Shown here piece by piece: positions 1-11,609 of a DNA stretch of 64,000 nucleotides; the first letter of the stretch is position 1; the number at the start of each line of letters is the position of its first letter. The DNA is from Selaginella moellendorffii (Eukaryota; Plantae; Lycopodiophyta). Below the pieces are notes generated by a model. That model was not told the DNA's origin. It made no database searches and saw nothing but the letters and a program-made list of their open reading frames with translations. A program made the position numbers and the translations under genes. The stretch is from positions 2,363,046-2,427,045 of the forward strand of contig NW_003314262.1 of assembly GCF_000143415.4 (NCBI RefSeq), read 5' to 3'.

Positions 1-599
1 TTTGTACATATATGAATTTTTCAAATGCTACCTTCTGTAAAATCCATATCAATATCACATATGACTTTTTTAGTGTTGTGTAAAGTGGGAATCCTATCAA
101 TTTATTTTGCATATCAATAGACTTTAAGCATTGGGTATAGGCATGATATTTTTGTAGTGCACAAGCTAGATTTTGAGCACTTTTTAGTCGACTTGAGAGA
201 GAGGAAGACTTTCATAATTGAGATGGAGGATATGTCATTTTAATTGTTGAAGACATTTTTAGCATATCTCTATAACAACACTAATTGACCAATGTTTTGC
301 AAGCACCAAATAACTCTCCTTGCCATATTTCATAAGTATGATATCAATCTCAAGGAAATAAGCAAGGAAAGTTTGATAAAAGATATAACCTTGAATAACA
401 TCCTAAAGAGACTATACAATGAACTCAAATAATTAAATCCAAAGTTACCCTTTCTATATTCCACACACTCATACATACCTTAGTCAAATTTGGAAGGTAA
501 AACATTCATTTACTTTCTTATTTGGGATTCTACTTATAGTAAAGGTCAATACATGGTTATATAGCTATTCTATTGATATGTTGCTTACTTATCTAGTTA

Positions 600-1200
600 A
601 TTATATACTTCTACCATGGCTCCACTATAATTGTACTTGATTAAAGAGTTCATGAAAAGCTTTAAAGTTCTTTCCAAGAGGTTTCCTCATTGGTGTATAG
701 ATGTTAATTATCCCCACCTGTCCAAAGTGGAGATGAAGGACGAGCAACTAAGCCTTAAAGACATTATATATACAAGTGGTTCTAACACTATTATAATTTT
801 AAAGTCCCATTTTCGAGATTGACAATTTAGACTTTCATGTAGAGCTAAATATGTCGGAGCGGATCAAGCTAATTTTTCCAAGTTAATATCATAAATTCGT
901 GGAAGAAAGGAGAAAAGAGTGCTAGTACTTCTAGGTTTATATCATAAGTTCTTAGAACGGATGGGATCATACTACTTTGAGATCAATACTAAGGAGCCCA
1001 AGGTGATCAAGTCAACATTGCCTGCTAAAAAATTTACACTCTACCTCAACAGTTTTAATTACCAAGTATTCTTCTATGTCGATATATTGTTAGTTTACAA
1101 TATTGGTCATAGGGAGTATAACATCCAACCAAAGAACCTAAATGATGATCTTCATGATGGCAAAAGAGCTATGATCAAGAAGCTCTATAAAGAGTAAAGT
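600..1200 (+). pseudogene. Possible degenerate DNA-transposon (CACTA-like) transposase remnant
   Basis: Broken AT-rich frames read KYVG/RIKLIF...YQVFFYVD, which loosely recalls the C-terminal YYGRI...QVFYV region of CACTA transposases. Many stops and frameshifts; no termini seen. Confidence 0.25.
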
Positions 1201-2479
1201 GTTGGAACTTATAACTCATGCAAAGAAATGTGAGAAATTTAGATTGTAAAAGCAGAAAAACAAGGACTTAGAGAAGGGGAGAATTGTTCATTCACTACTT
1301 TCAATCTGCTATTAAGTCACCAACTCAAATTAAGGAAAATTAAGAACAATAAAGACCTTCAAATGTTATCATTTTGACAACTTAGTCTCATGTGTGATAA
1401 AACCAAAGGAAATTTGTTAACCATTCACCACTTTAATATAAGTTAAACATTATGCTAGTCAAAAGAGAATATAATGAGAAAGTACAAAATCTTGAAATTT
1501 CTATTAACACTTTTATCACTTAAAACTTAAAAGAGAAGTTAGATATAGTGGACTGAAAGTGAGTAATAATATAAAAAGCTTAAAGATTTTAAAGCCAAAA
1601 TAAGAAGGAGGTATGACTTATCCAATTGAACTCTTATATGGATTAGATGTTATAGCATACCCTATCTCTCTTTCTAGAAAAAGGGTAATTACTTAATGAA
1701 AAACCCCTTAATAACTATTTTATCTTTATTGATTCCCAAAGGTCTTAAAGACCTATAGTTCCATAGTGATAATGATTGTTATTATCACATGCACTACTGT
1801 CCGCCCCCCCCCCGTAAAGATGTCAATATCTCCATTGATTATTGATTAACAACCTTTACTGAGCCAAGAGGAACTAACATCTCCATTTCCACATTAAATC
1901 TATTAATTTTTTTTATTATATAGATTAATTATTCTAAATTTATCAACTTTTTGTAGCACACCTTATCTCTCTCCCTTTAAGCCAACTGGAAAAGGGGCAA
2001 TTGCTTGATGAGAGAGCCCTTAGTGGCTATTTTATCCCCATTTATCTCCCAAGGTTCTAAAGATCCACGGTGACAGTATATCCAAATCTCATCCCATGAT
2101 CACATGCGCTACACTCACCCCCCCTTCAGAGATGTCAATGTCCTCATTGACTATTGACTAACAACCCCTACTAAGCCAAGGGGAACCAACACCTCCATTT
2201 CCGCACTTAATCTACCAATCCTTCTATTGTGTAGACTAGCTATTCCATGTGAGGCAACTCGTCATGCACCCGTACCGCAGTCCCACGGTGGATACCTTCG
2301 TCCGTGGATACTCCACACAAGAGGAAGGACGTACGCATGGATGCCCAAAACGTACGATTTCAAATTTTAGGGGTAGGAATATACTTTGCTCAAGGGTATA
2401 TTATACTTTTAAGTAGCCACTAATCAATGGGAATCGAACCCGTGCCATTTGCTCCTATACCAACTGCAGCGCGCTTTAT

Positions 2480-5231
2480 TGTAAGCCACAAATTTTTCCT
2501 TTCCAATTTGCCAGCTTACCTCGTCTATCCGTCCAACACTGCCTTGGCTTTTGCTAAGTTCCCTTGCCAAGGTTTTCGCCTATGGTACCAGCTCCTACTT
2601 GGTTTCAGCTACTCACTGCACTAGCAACGGAGTGTTAGCCATCCTTCCATGGATTCCCAAATCACTCTCAATCCCCCTCCCCGGGTTAGGCTAGACTTAA
2701 GGTTCGGCTACACTCCCCGCAAGCACAAGCAGCCAAGCACACCAAGCTTCCAGGTTCCTAACATCCCTTGGTACCACAAGACTTGATCATGGGACCCTCT
2801 AAATCCCAAGTCTTGAGTGCAACACTTGCTTCGGGACGCCGGGGCGAAACACCGTGGCCTAGCAGCCCGGTATGGGTACCTCTCGCCCCCCACTTCCATC
2901 CCGAAGGAAGGCCCAAGCCCCTAGGAAGGGCGAGGACCAATGAGCCGCATGGTACTCAAGTGGGGCACCACTCCACATGAGCCGGGAGCACCGCAATCGG
3001 TTTCCCTTTCGGGAGTGGGAGCTGCTCTTGAGCACTTCCTTGGATGGCCCCTCCGGCACCAGCCAAGTCCATGCTCACTCCCACCCAAGGCCCCTCGGTC
3101 CCAGTCCCAACCTCAAGTCGGTTTGGAAGCCCAACTGGAGAGTCCCTTCAAAACTGGTTCCTGGACCTCACTATCCCTACTATACTTTTGGAACCCCCTG
3201 CAGCCCCCCCCCCCCCCCCCCCTGGGAAACGCACGCTTTGGGCTTTCCCCCCTTGACCCGGATTAATATTTGGACTTAGCCTCTGGCTCGATCTTGGACC
3301 CGATTTCGGATCCGACTTCGGATTCGGGTTCGGAATCGATCTCGGACTCGATCTTGGACCCGATCTCAGACCCGACCTCGGACTCGACCTCGGACTCGGT
3401 CTCGGACCCGATTTCGGATCTCGGACTCCGTCTCGAACTCGGTCTCGAACTCGGACTCAAACTCGGTCCCCGAGTCGGTCTCGGACTCGATTCCGGACTC
3501 TATCTCGAACTCGGTCCTAGAGTCGGTCTTGGACTCGATCTTCGACTTGGTCCCATCCGATGAACTCTTTGTCATTTTGGTCATGCTTTCGGGGTTCCTT
3601 TAGCCTANNNNNNNNNNNNNNNNNNNNNNNNNNNNNNNNNNNNNNNNNNNNNNNNNNNNNNNNNNNNNNNNNNNNNNNNNNNNNNNNNNNNNNNNNNNNN
3701 NNNNNNNCGAAGGAAGGCCCAAGCCCCTAGGAAGGGCGAGGACCAATGAGCCGCATGGTACTCAAGTGGGGCACCACTCCACATGAGCCGGGAGCACCGC
3801 AATCGGTTTCCCTTTCGGGAGTGGGAGCTGCTCTTGAGCACTTCCTTGGATGGCCCCTCCGGCACCAGCCAAGTCCATGCTCACTCCCACCCAAGGCCCC
3901 TCGGTCCCAGTCCCAACCTCAAGTCGGTTTGGAAGCCCAACTGGAGAGTCCCTTCAAAACTGGTTCCTGGACCTCACTATCCCTACTATACTTTTGGAAC
4001 CCCCTGCAGCCCCCCCCCCCCCCCCCCCTGGGAGACGCACGCTTTGGGCTTTCACCCCTTGACCCGTATTAGTATTTGGACTTAGTCTCTGGCTCGATCT
4101 TGGACCCGATTTCGGATCCCACTTCGGATTCGGGTTCGGACTCGATCTCGGACTCGATCTTGGACCCGATCTCAGACCCGACCTCGGACTCGACCTCTGA
4201 CTCGGTCTCCGACCCGATTTCGGATCTCGGACTCCATCTCGAACTCGGTCTCGAACTCAGTCTCGGACTCGGTCCCCGAGTCGGTCTCGGACTCGATTCC
4301 GGACTCTATTTCGAACTCGGTCCTAGAGTCGGTCTTGGACTCGATCTTCGACTTGGTCCCATCCAATGAACTCTTTGTCATTTTGGTCATGCTTTCGAGG
4401 TTCCTNNNNNNNNNNNNNNNNNNNNNNNNNNNNNNNNNNNNNNNNNNNNNNNNNNNNNNNNNNNNNNNNNNNNNNNNNNNNNNNNNNNNNNNNNNNNNNN
4501 NNNNNNNNNNNNNNNNNNNNNNNNNNNNNNNNNNNNNNNNNNNNNNNNNNNNNNNNNNNNNNNNNNNNNNNNNNNNNNNNNNNNNNNNNNNNNNNNNNNN
4601 NNNNNNNNNNNNNNNNNNNNNNNNNNNNNNNNNNNNNNNNNNNNNNNNNNNNNNNNNNNNNNNNNNNNNNNNNNNNNNNNNNNNNNNNNNNNNNNNNNNN
4701 NNNNNNNNNNNNNNNNNNNNNNNNNNNNNNNNNNNNNNNNNNNNNNNNNNNNNNNNNNNNNNNNNNNNNNNNNNNNNNNNNNNNNNNNNNNNNNNNNNNN
4801 CCTGCAGCCCCCCCCCCCCTGGGAGACGCACGCTTTGGGCTTTCACCCCTTGACCCGTATTAGTATTTGGACTTAGTCTCTGGCTCGATCTTGGACCCGA
4901 TTTCGGATCCGACTTCGGATTCGGGTTCGGACTCGATCTCGGACTCGATCTTGGACCCGATCTCAGACCCGACCTCGGACTCGACCTCGGACTCGGTCTC
5001 GGACCCGATTTCGGATCTCGGACTCCGTCTCGAACTCGGTCTCGAACTCGGACTCGAACTCGGTCCCCGAGTCGGTCTCGGACTCGATTCCGGACTCTAT
5101 CTCGAACTCGGTCCTAGAGTCGGTCTTGGACTCAATCTCGACTTGGTCCCATCCGATGAACTCTTTGTCATTTTGGTCATGCTTTCGGGGTTCCTTTAGC
5201 CTACGACACCTCGGCGAGTTGGTTCCTTACA
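2480..5231 (-). repeat. 3' LTR of family 1, assembled as three overlapping or tandem partial copies separated by N gaps
   Basis: Segments 2480-3607, 3708-4405 and 4801-5231 each match parts of 10461-11609 almost identically. Confidence 0.9.
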
Positions 5232-6016
5232 ACTCCACCACCCATAGAAGAAGTTCGATGCCCACATCGAACGTCTCATTTTATCCTACGACTTGTTGAC
5301 CATGTCTCCGGGGGCATCCCCCCACTTAGCGGTGTGCCTAAGTTAGCCTCCCCGGCCAAGAGCCCATGACAACGGAATATAGGTGTCCCTATACTCCTCA
5401 CCTCACCACGCCCTAGTATGGGGTCGGAACTTGAACCCAGCCTTGCTTTACTAGGGGGTTGGGACTCGAACCCAACCTCCGTAGAATACGTCTACGGATT
5501 CGACATCCCCGCGGGGAGTCGGGCGTAGTGCCCTACGCCTGGTCGACCTATCCAACCCATGCTAATTAGCTTACCTTTGGCGCGCCTTTGGGTCCCAACA
5601 TATGCCACTTGCTCAACTTTGCAAATTGATATTTTTAATTGAATTTTGCATAAGTACATAGAGTTCTGCCTTGCAGAAATTCCTCCACTAGATCTCGCGC
5701 GTTCGCTAGGTTCTCCTCCGGTTCCCATGTTGCTTCACAGTGTGGAAATCCTTTCCATTTCACATGGAACTCTCTCACCTCGCGTCCTTGTCGCTTGCTC
5801 TTGCGCGCATTGAGGATGGCCTCGACTTCGTATTCCTCTTCCCCTTGGATAACCTCAAGTAAAGGTCTCACTTGGTCCTTGCGAAGCGGATCCTCAAAGT
5901 ACGGCTTGAGTAAGTTCACGTGGAACACTGGGGGCATCTTCCCCATCTCTCGAGGAAGTCAAAGTCGGTAAGCCACTTTACCGATTCGTGCCTCAATTTC
6001 ATAAGGCCCCGCGAAC

Positions 6017-6068
6017 CTGCTTAAGGAACTCAAGATCAATTCATTTACAGGAATACATGCATCTTTAC
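6017..6068 (-). other. 52-nt GT-AG spliceosomal-type intron immediately before the integrase GPY motif
   Basis: CCAAAG|GTAAAG...TTCCTTAAGCAG|GTTCGCG. Removal restores KLTQRFAGPY exactly. Confidence 0.85.
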
Positions 6069-6486
6069 CTTTGGGTCAACTTTCGGCTGATCCCACTTGG
6101 TAGTCTGAGGTTCTTGGTGTTCAGCCACACCTTCTCCCCAGCTTGGAACTCCACATCCCGACGCTTTTGGTTCGCGTACTTAGTTTGCCTTTGTTGAGCC
6201 CGTTCCAAGGAATCCCTCACTAGATTCCAAATGTTGAGTCTTTCCGCCGTGAATGCCTCCACTGCAGGTAACTCTCCATGATACTCGGCCACGCCGAGTT
6301 CCACAGGACCTTCAATAGCTCGCCCATTGATGACTTCCCATGGACTCACCCCGATGCTTGAGTGTGGTGAGTTGTTATAACACATTTCCGCAAGTCCCAA
6401 ATGACTTACCCAGTCGGTCTGGTCTCCCGAGACATAGCATCGCAAATAATCCTCCAGCTGCCTATTCACCCTTTCCGTTTGTCCGT

Positions 6487-6533
6487 CTGTCAAGAAGTGT
6501 TAGTGCCATCAATCTTGACTTAATACCCATTAC
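6487..6533 (-). other. 47-nt GT-AG spliceosomal-type intron in the integrase core
   Basis: CAGACAG|GTAATG...CACTAAC ACTTCTTGACAG|ACGGA. Removal restores HPQTDGQTERVN exactly. Confidence 0.85.
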
Positions 6534-8601
6534 CTGTCTGTGGGTGATAAGCTGTGCTGAATTTCAATTTGGTGCGATACTGTTCTAGGAGTGTCCTCCA
6601 GAACCTACTAGTGAAGATCTTATCTTGATCTGAGATAATCTCTTCCGGCCTTCCCCGCACTCGAACCACTTGTTCGAAGAACAGCTTCGCCACACCTTCC
6701 GCATCCACGTCCGTTGTGGTGGGTATGAAATGTGCCATCTTTGAAAATCGGTCCACCACCATGAATATCGCATCGAACCCCTCGCTTGGGGGTAGTCCCG
6801 TAATGAAGTCCATCGTAAGACATTTCCACGGGCGATCTGGAATTGGGATGCTTTGCAACAAGCCCCCACTAACCTTAATCATGGCTTTGACCTGCTGATA
6901 TGTTGGACATGTCTTTACATAGTCTTGGATGTCCTTAGCCATATCTGGCCAATGGTACTTCCTCTTGAGTAAGCCCATCGTCTTGGGCCCGTGTCCCGCA
7001 AGAGGTCCGTCATGACACTCTTCTAAGGCTACCTTCCTTAGTCCCCCTTCTGGAACATACACCCTCGTTTGCTTGTAATAAATGAGTCCGTTGCGTTCCG
7101 CATAGCCCGTTTTCTCTTCCGTTGGCAACTCACCTCTCTGGTGAGCTTCCCGCGCCTCCAGATTCCTCAACAACACTTCTTGTGCTAGACCATCATTCTC
7201 ATATGCTGTCCGCACATCGTCCCAGAAGGTTGCTGTTGCGCTGGAGATCGCCAACCTCAAGCTCGCTTTTCGACTTAGCACATCTGCCACGATGTTGCTC
7301 TTCCCAGGCTTGTACAGAATCTCGCAATCAAACTCGGCCAAGGCATTGGCCCACCGACCTTGTTTCCCTCTTAGGTCGGGTTGTGACAAGAAGTGTTTCG
7401 TTGCCACATTGTTCGTGTAAACCTTGAAGTGTCTCCCAAGGTAGTGTCGCCACTCCTTGAGCGCCTTGACCACCGCAAACAATTCCTTCTCGTGGGCAGG
7501 CCACTTCCGTTGAGCCTTGTCCAGCTTCTTCGAGAAGAACGCTACTGGATGGTTGTTTTGCTTCAAAACTGCGCCCAACGCAAAGTCCGAAGCATCCATG
7601 TCTACCTCAAAGTCCTTACCAAAGTCTGGTAATGCCAATACCGGAGCCTTCCTCAACTTCCCTTTGAGGTGGACGAATGCCGCCTCGCATTCCGCTGTCC
7701 ATACCATCTTCCCTTTTCCCGTTTGATCTGTTAAGGGCAAAGCTACTCTCGAATAGTGTCTGATAAACTTTTGATAGTAGTTGCATAGCCCCAAGAACGC
7801 CCTCAACTCATGTACATTCGATGGTCGCTCCCATTCCTGGATCGCTTGGACCTTCTCCGGGTCCACCTTGAGCCCGTCCTGGCCCACCACATGCCCGAGA
7901 AACTTTACCTCTTGCTGAGCAAAGTCACATTTGCTCTCTTTAGCATACAGTTTATGTTCCCTTAGTTTCTCAAACACCTTCGCCAAGTGTTTGGCATGCT
8001 CCTCTAGCATCTCTCTATAGATCAGGATGTCGTCAATATAGACGACCACGAAGTGATCCAGATAGGGTACAAAGATGTGGTTCATCAACGCCGAAAACAT
8101 TGCCGGCGCATTGCACAGCCCAAAGGGCATCACCAAAAACTCAAAGCTCCCATACCTCGTTCGACAGGTTGTCTTCTCGACATCTTCCTCGGCTACCCTG
8201 ATCTGGTAGTATCCTGACCTTAGGTCAATCCTCAAGAAGTATTTTGCCTTTCCCAACCTATCGAACAGGTCCTCAATCCTTGGCAACGGGTACTTGTTCT
8301 TCTTGGTATACTTGTTGAGCAACCGGTAATCTATGCACATGCGCATAGATCCATCTTTCTTTTTCACAAATAATACCGGCGCCCCATACGGCGACTTGCT
8401 CAACCTAACATACCCTTTGCCCACCAACTCCTCTAGTTGGCACTTGAGCTCCTTGAGTTCTTTTTCGTTCAAACGATAGAGGGGACGAACCACCGCCTCA
8501 ACACCCTCGACCAGCTCAATCTTATGTTCTATCGGTCGTGCGGGGGGTAACCCCGCCGGTAGCTCCTCTGGCATGGTATTCTGGAATTGGTCCAACACCC
8601 G

Positions 8602-10401
8602 CTAGATCACTAAAGGTACTTCTTCCGTTCCTGTCTTTTTGTCACTCTTCACCGAGAGTAAGCACAAAAAGGCTGCCTTAGTTCCTTTAGTGAGTTGTCC
8701 TCTCGTGGACACCAGGTTTAAGCAAGATTCTTTGGCCTTGCTTTGCCCTACCTTTAGATCCTGGGCCTCCACCCTAGATCTTCTTCCTTGGGCATTCACC
8801 AGTACCACAAGGTTCCTACCTTGTCCATGCAGGGCTACCACGAACCGATTGAACCAATCCATTCCGAAGATCACGTCAAATCCCGCCATGTCCAACACGG
8901 TGAAATCCATGTCTACTTTCCATGTCCCTACTTCGACTCTCGCTTGTCGAAGTACCTCATCGGTGCTTTGGCTACCTTGAACAAACTCTATAGTCCTTGG
9001 TTCGCCTAGCCGCTGCACCGTTAGTCCGGCTTGCCAGACTATGTCTGCAGCCACAAAATTATCCGAAGCACCCGTGTCAATAAGGATCTTAACAAAGCTA
9101 CCTCTGAGCTTCCCTCGGAGGGCTAGTAGATGTCGCGAACGACTCTCTACCAAAGTTGCTCGTGTAATGAGCAACTTTGAGTTAAGGACTGGATCACATA
9201 TCTCAGTTTGGACTTCACCCGACTTGATGGCCATATTGGCTCTGGCCTTCTTCGGGTAGGGACATTCCCTCGAGAAGTGTCCCGCTTCACCGCAGTTGTA
9301 GCATACGTTATTTCCCACGCTGCTATATGACTTGACCTTCTTATCCGTGGGTTTGTCTCTTTTCGCTTGACTCCCCCACGTACTTGCTCGCTGGCCACCG
9401 GATTTGCCTTTTCGAAACCCAGAGGACTCATTCTTAGAGAAACTCTTCTTGAATTTCCCCCTGCTATATGTTCCCCTTGGTTTGGCCCCTTTGCTGAACG
9501 TGGATCCCGACCCCGTCGTGTTCCCCTTTCGCAGGTTATCGTTGAAATGCACCTTGATGGTCGCATCCAACGCTTCCTTGTAGTTGGTCAGGTTCCAGCA
9601 CATCACCTCACCGCGAGCCCAGGTTTGCAAACCTGATATGAAGGCATGGAACGCATCCATATCCCCCATGTCCATGACAAGTATCCTCTTTGCCATGAAC
9701 CCATTCACATATTCCTGGATGGTTCTAGTCTGCTTCAGCCTACTCAGTTCATCCCTCAGATGCAGAGTGGCATTCAGAGGAACATATGTTGCGCGGATCC
9801 TCGCCTTCATCATGTCCCAAGTGACCACCGGTCCTTCGTTGGCCTCCGTTGTTCTCCACCAAGACTTGGCATTATCTGCCAAGTATGGTTTTGCACATGG
9901 GACCTTCTCCGAGCTCGGTAACCGCAACGCTCGGAAGTAGTCCTCCATATCGTAAAACCAATCCTCCACCACCTTATAGTCATTCACTCCCTTGAAGACC
10001 GGTGGGGGCTTTGGTTTGTACTTGGGAACTACCTGAGGGACTGATTCCACTTCAGTCTGTTCGACCTTGTCTGGTTTTGCCTCAGTCCCTGCCGAAGGGT
10101 CCGCACCTTCTGCGCTGCCAGCATCCGCAGTCTTTCGCCTTTTCTTCCGCTTCTCGTCACGCTTTAGCTTGCGTACGAGAGTCTCCAGCAGGGCATTGGT
10201 CTGCGCCAATTGACCTTCTAGAACGTCCAATCGAGCCTTGGACGACCGAACCTCGCCACCGGACTCCTGTTTGGAAGTTTCCTCACTAGAGTCCTCCTCA
10301 TGCAAGGATTCCTCATCCATAGCCTCTTGTTCGACCGGAGGCTCCAGCTCTGGCGGAGGTTCTGTCTCCGCCTGGGTTCGCTTACGCCCTGCCCTTGCCA
10401 T
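8602..10401 (-). CDS. gag: Family 1 Gag-protease
   Basis: Retrotransposon gag core (VEDWFYDMEDYF...), zinc knuckle CYNCGEAGHFSREC, aspartic protease LIDTGAS. Ends at an in-frame TAG (8602-8604) that continues into pol. Confidence 0.95.
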   Translation of the reverse strand: MARAGRKRTQAETEPPPELEPPVEQEAMDEESLHEEDSSEETSKQESGGEVRSSKARLDVLEGQLAQTNALLETLVRKLKRDEKRKKRRKTADAGSAEGADPSAGTEAKPDKVEQTEVESVPQVVPKYKPKPPPVFKGVNDYKVVEDWFYDMEDYFRALRLPSSEKVPCAKPYLADNAKSWWRTTEANEGPVVTWDMMKARIRATYVPLNATLHLRDELSRLKQTRTIQEYVNGFMAKRILVMDMGDMDAFHAFISGLQTWARGEVMCWNLTNYKEALDATIKVHFNDNLRKGNTTGSGSTFSKGAKPRGTYSRGKFKKSFSKNESSGFRKGKSGGQRASTWGSQAKRDKPTDKKVKSYSSVGNNVCYNCGEAGHFSRECPYPKKARANMAIKSGEVQTEICDPVLNSKLLITRATLVESRSRHLLALRGKLRGSFVKILIDTGASDNFVAADIVWQAGLTVQRLGEPRTIEFVQGSQSTDEVLRQARVEVGTWKVDMDFTVLDMAGFDVIFGMDWFNRFVVALHGQGRNLVVLVNAQGRRSRVEAQDLKVGQSKAKESCLNLVSTRGQLTKGTKAAFLCLLSVKSDKKTGTEEVPLVI

Positions 10402-10460
10402 CTCCCAGCAATCCGCCTCTATCCTTCGCTAGAACTGAGGAGAAGGCTCCGATACCAAAT

Positions 10461-11609
10461 TGTAAGCCACAAATTTTTCCTTTCCAATTTGCCAGCTTAC
10501 CTCGTCTATCCGTCCAACACTGCCTTGGCTTTTGCTAAGTTCCCTTGCCAAGGTTTTCGCCTATGGTACCAGCTCCTACTTGGTTTCAGCTACTCACTGC
10601 ACGAGCAACGGAGTGTTAGCCATCCTTCCACGGATTCCCAAATCACTCTCAATCCCCCTCCCCGGGTTAGGCTGGACTTAAGGTTCGGCTACACTCCCCG
10701 CAAGCACAAGCAGCCAAGCACACCAAGCTTCCAGGTTCCTAACATCCCTTGGTACCACAAGACTTGATCATGGGACCCTCTAAATCCCAAGTCTTGAGTG
10801 CAACACTTGCTTCGGGACGCCGGGGCGAAACACCGTGGCCTAGCGGCCCGGTATGGGTACCTCTCGCCCCCCACTTCCATCCCGAAGGAAGGCCCAAGCC
10901 CCTAGGAAGGGCGAGGACCAATGAGCCGCATGGTACTCAAGTGGGGCACCACTCCACATGAGCCGGGAGCACCGCAATCGGTTTCCCTTTCGGGAGTGGG
11001 AGCTGCTCTTGAGCACTTCCTTGGATGGCCCCTCGGCACCAGCCAAGTCCATGCTCACTCCCACCCAAGGCCCCTCGGTCCCAGTCCCAACCTCAAGTCG
11101 GTTTGGAAGCCCAACTAGAGAGTCCCTTCAAAACTGGTTCCTGGACCTCACTATCCCTACTATACTTTGGAACCCCCTGCAGCCCCCCCCCCCCCCCTGG
11201 GAGACGCACGCTTTGGGCTTTCACCCCTTGACCCGTATTAGTATTTGGACTTAGTCTCTGGCTCGATCTCGGACCCGATTTCAGATCCGACTTCGGATTC
11301 GGGTTCGGACTCGATCTCGGACTCGATCTCGGACCCGATCTCGGACCCGACCTCGGACTCGACCTCGGACTCGGTCTCGGACCCGATTTCGGATCTCGGA
11401 CTCCGTCTCGAACTCGGTCTCGAACTCGGACTCGAACTCAGTCCCCGAGTCGGTCTCGGACTCGATTCCGGACTCTATCTCGAACTCGGTCCTAGAGTCG
11501 GTCTTGGACTCGATCTCGACTTGGTCCCATCCGATGAACTCTTTGTCATTTTGGTCATGCTTTCGGGGTTCCTTTAGCCTACGACACCTCGGCGAGTTGG
11601 TTCCTTACA
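10461..11609 (-). repeat. 5' LTR of family 1 (1149 bp)
   Basis: Starts tgtaagcc and ends ccttaca; adjacent PBS; near-identical to the 3' LTR. Confidence 0.95.
11255..11525. repeat. CpG-rich hexamer minisatellite (CTCGRN)n in the U3 part of the family 1 LTR; also at about 3280-3550, 4088-4355 and 4878-5145
   Basis: Continuous 6-bp period: ctcgga/ctcgat/ctcgaa/ctcggt/cccgat. Confidence 0.9.

Larger units (their letters stand above)
5635..8601 (-). pseudogene. pol: Family 1 pol (RT-RNaseH-integrase-chromodomain) with two introns and point lesions
   Basis: RT YIDD, RNase H DASDFA, integrase MDF...ISD...HPQT/DGQTERVN, GPY motif and chromodomain YEVEAIL...VKWKGF...TWEP. Lesions: upstream TAG, TGA at 5959-5961, and C>Y in the HHCC finger (CPTY). 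Confidence 0.93.
2480..11609 (-). mobile_element. Ty3/gypsy chromovirus family 1, full length
   Basis: TG...CA LTRs at 10461-11609 and 2480-5231. TSD TTTAT at 2475-2479 and 11610-11614. tRNA-iMet-type PBS TGGTATCGGAGCC (10445-10457). PPT GGGTGGTGGAGT next to 5231. Domain order gag-PR-RT-RH-INT-chromodomain. Confidence 0.97.

Noticed and set aside
1952-2113. Hammerhead ribozyme (retrozyme) in the TRIM-1 LTR
   Set aside because: TTGATGAG is present, but there is no CTGATGA core with a downstream GAAA and the required helices on either strand.
3263-5199. Ser/Asp-rich and LGLEL ORFs in the LTRs (also 11245-11577)
   Set aside because: Translation by-products of the hexamer minisatellite.
2480-5231. 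Triple tandem LTR as a real structure
   Set aside because: The copies abut N gaps and a poly-C tract where reads degrade. Most likely unmerged contig ends, though not excluded without long reads.
5608-5669. Third (GC-AG) intron after the chromodomain
   Set aside because: AT-rich and flanked by GCAAG, but the donor is weak and splicing restores no conserved motif.
8602-8604. Programmed stop-codon readthrough between gag and pol
   Set aside because: The TAG lies after the protease, is one C>T from CAG, and the copy has other C>T lesions (TGA at 5959-5961). It is simpler read as decay.
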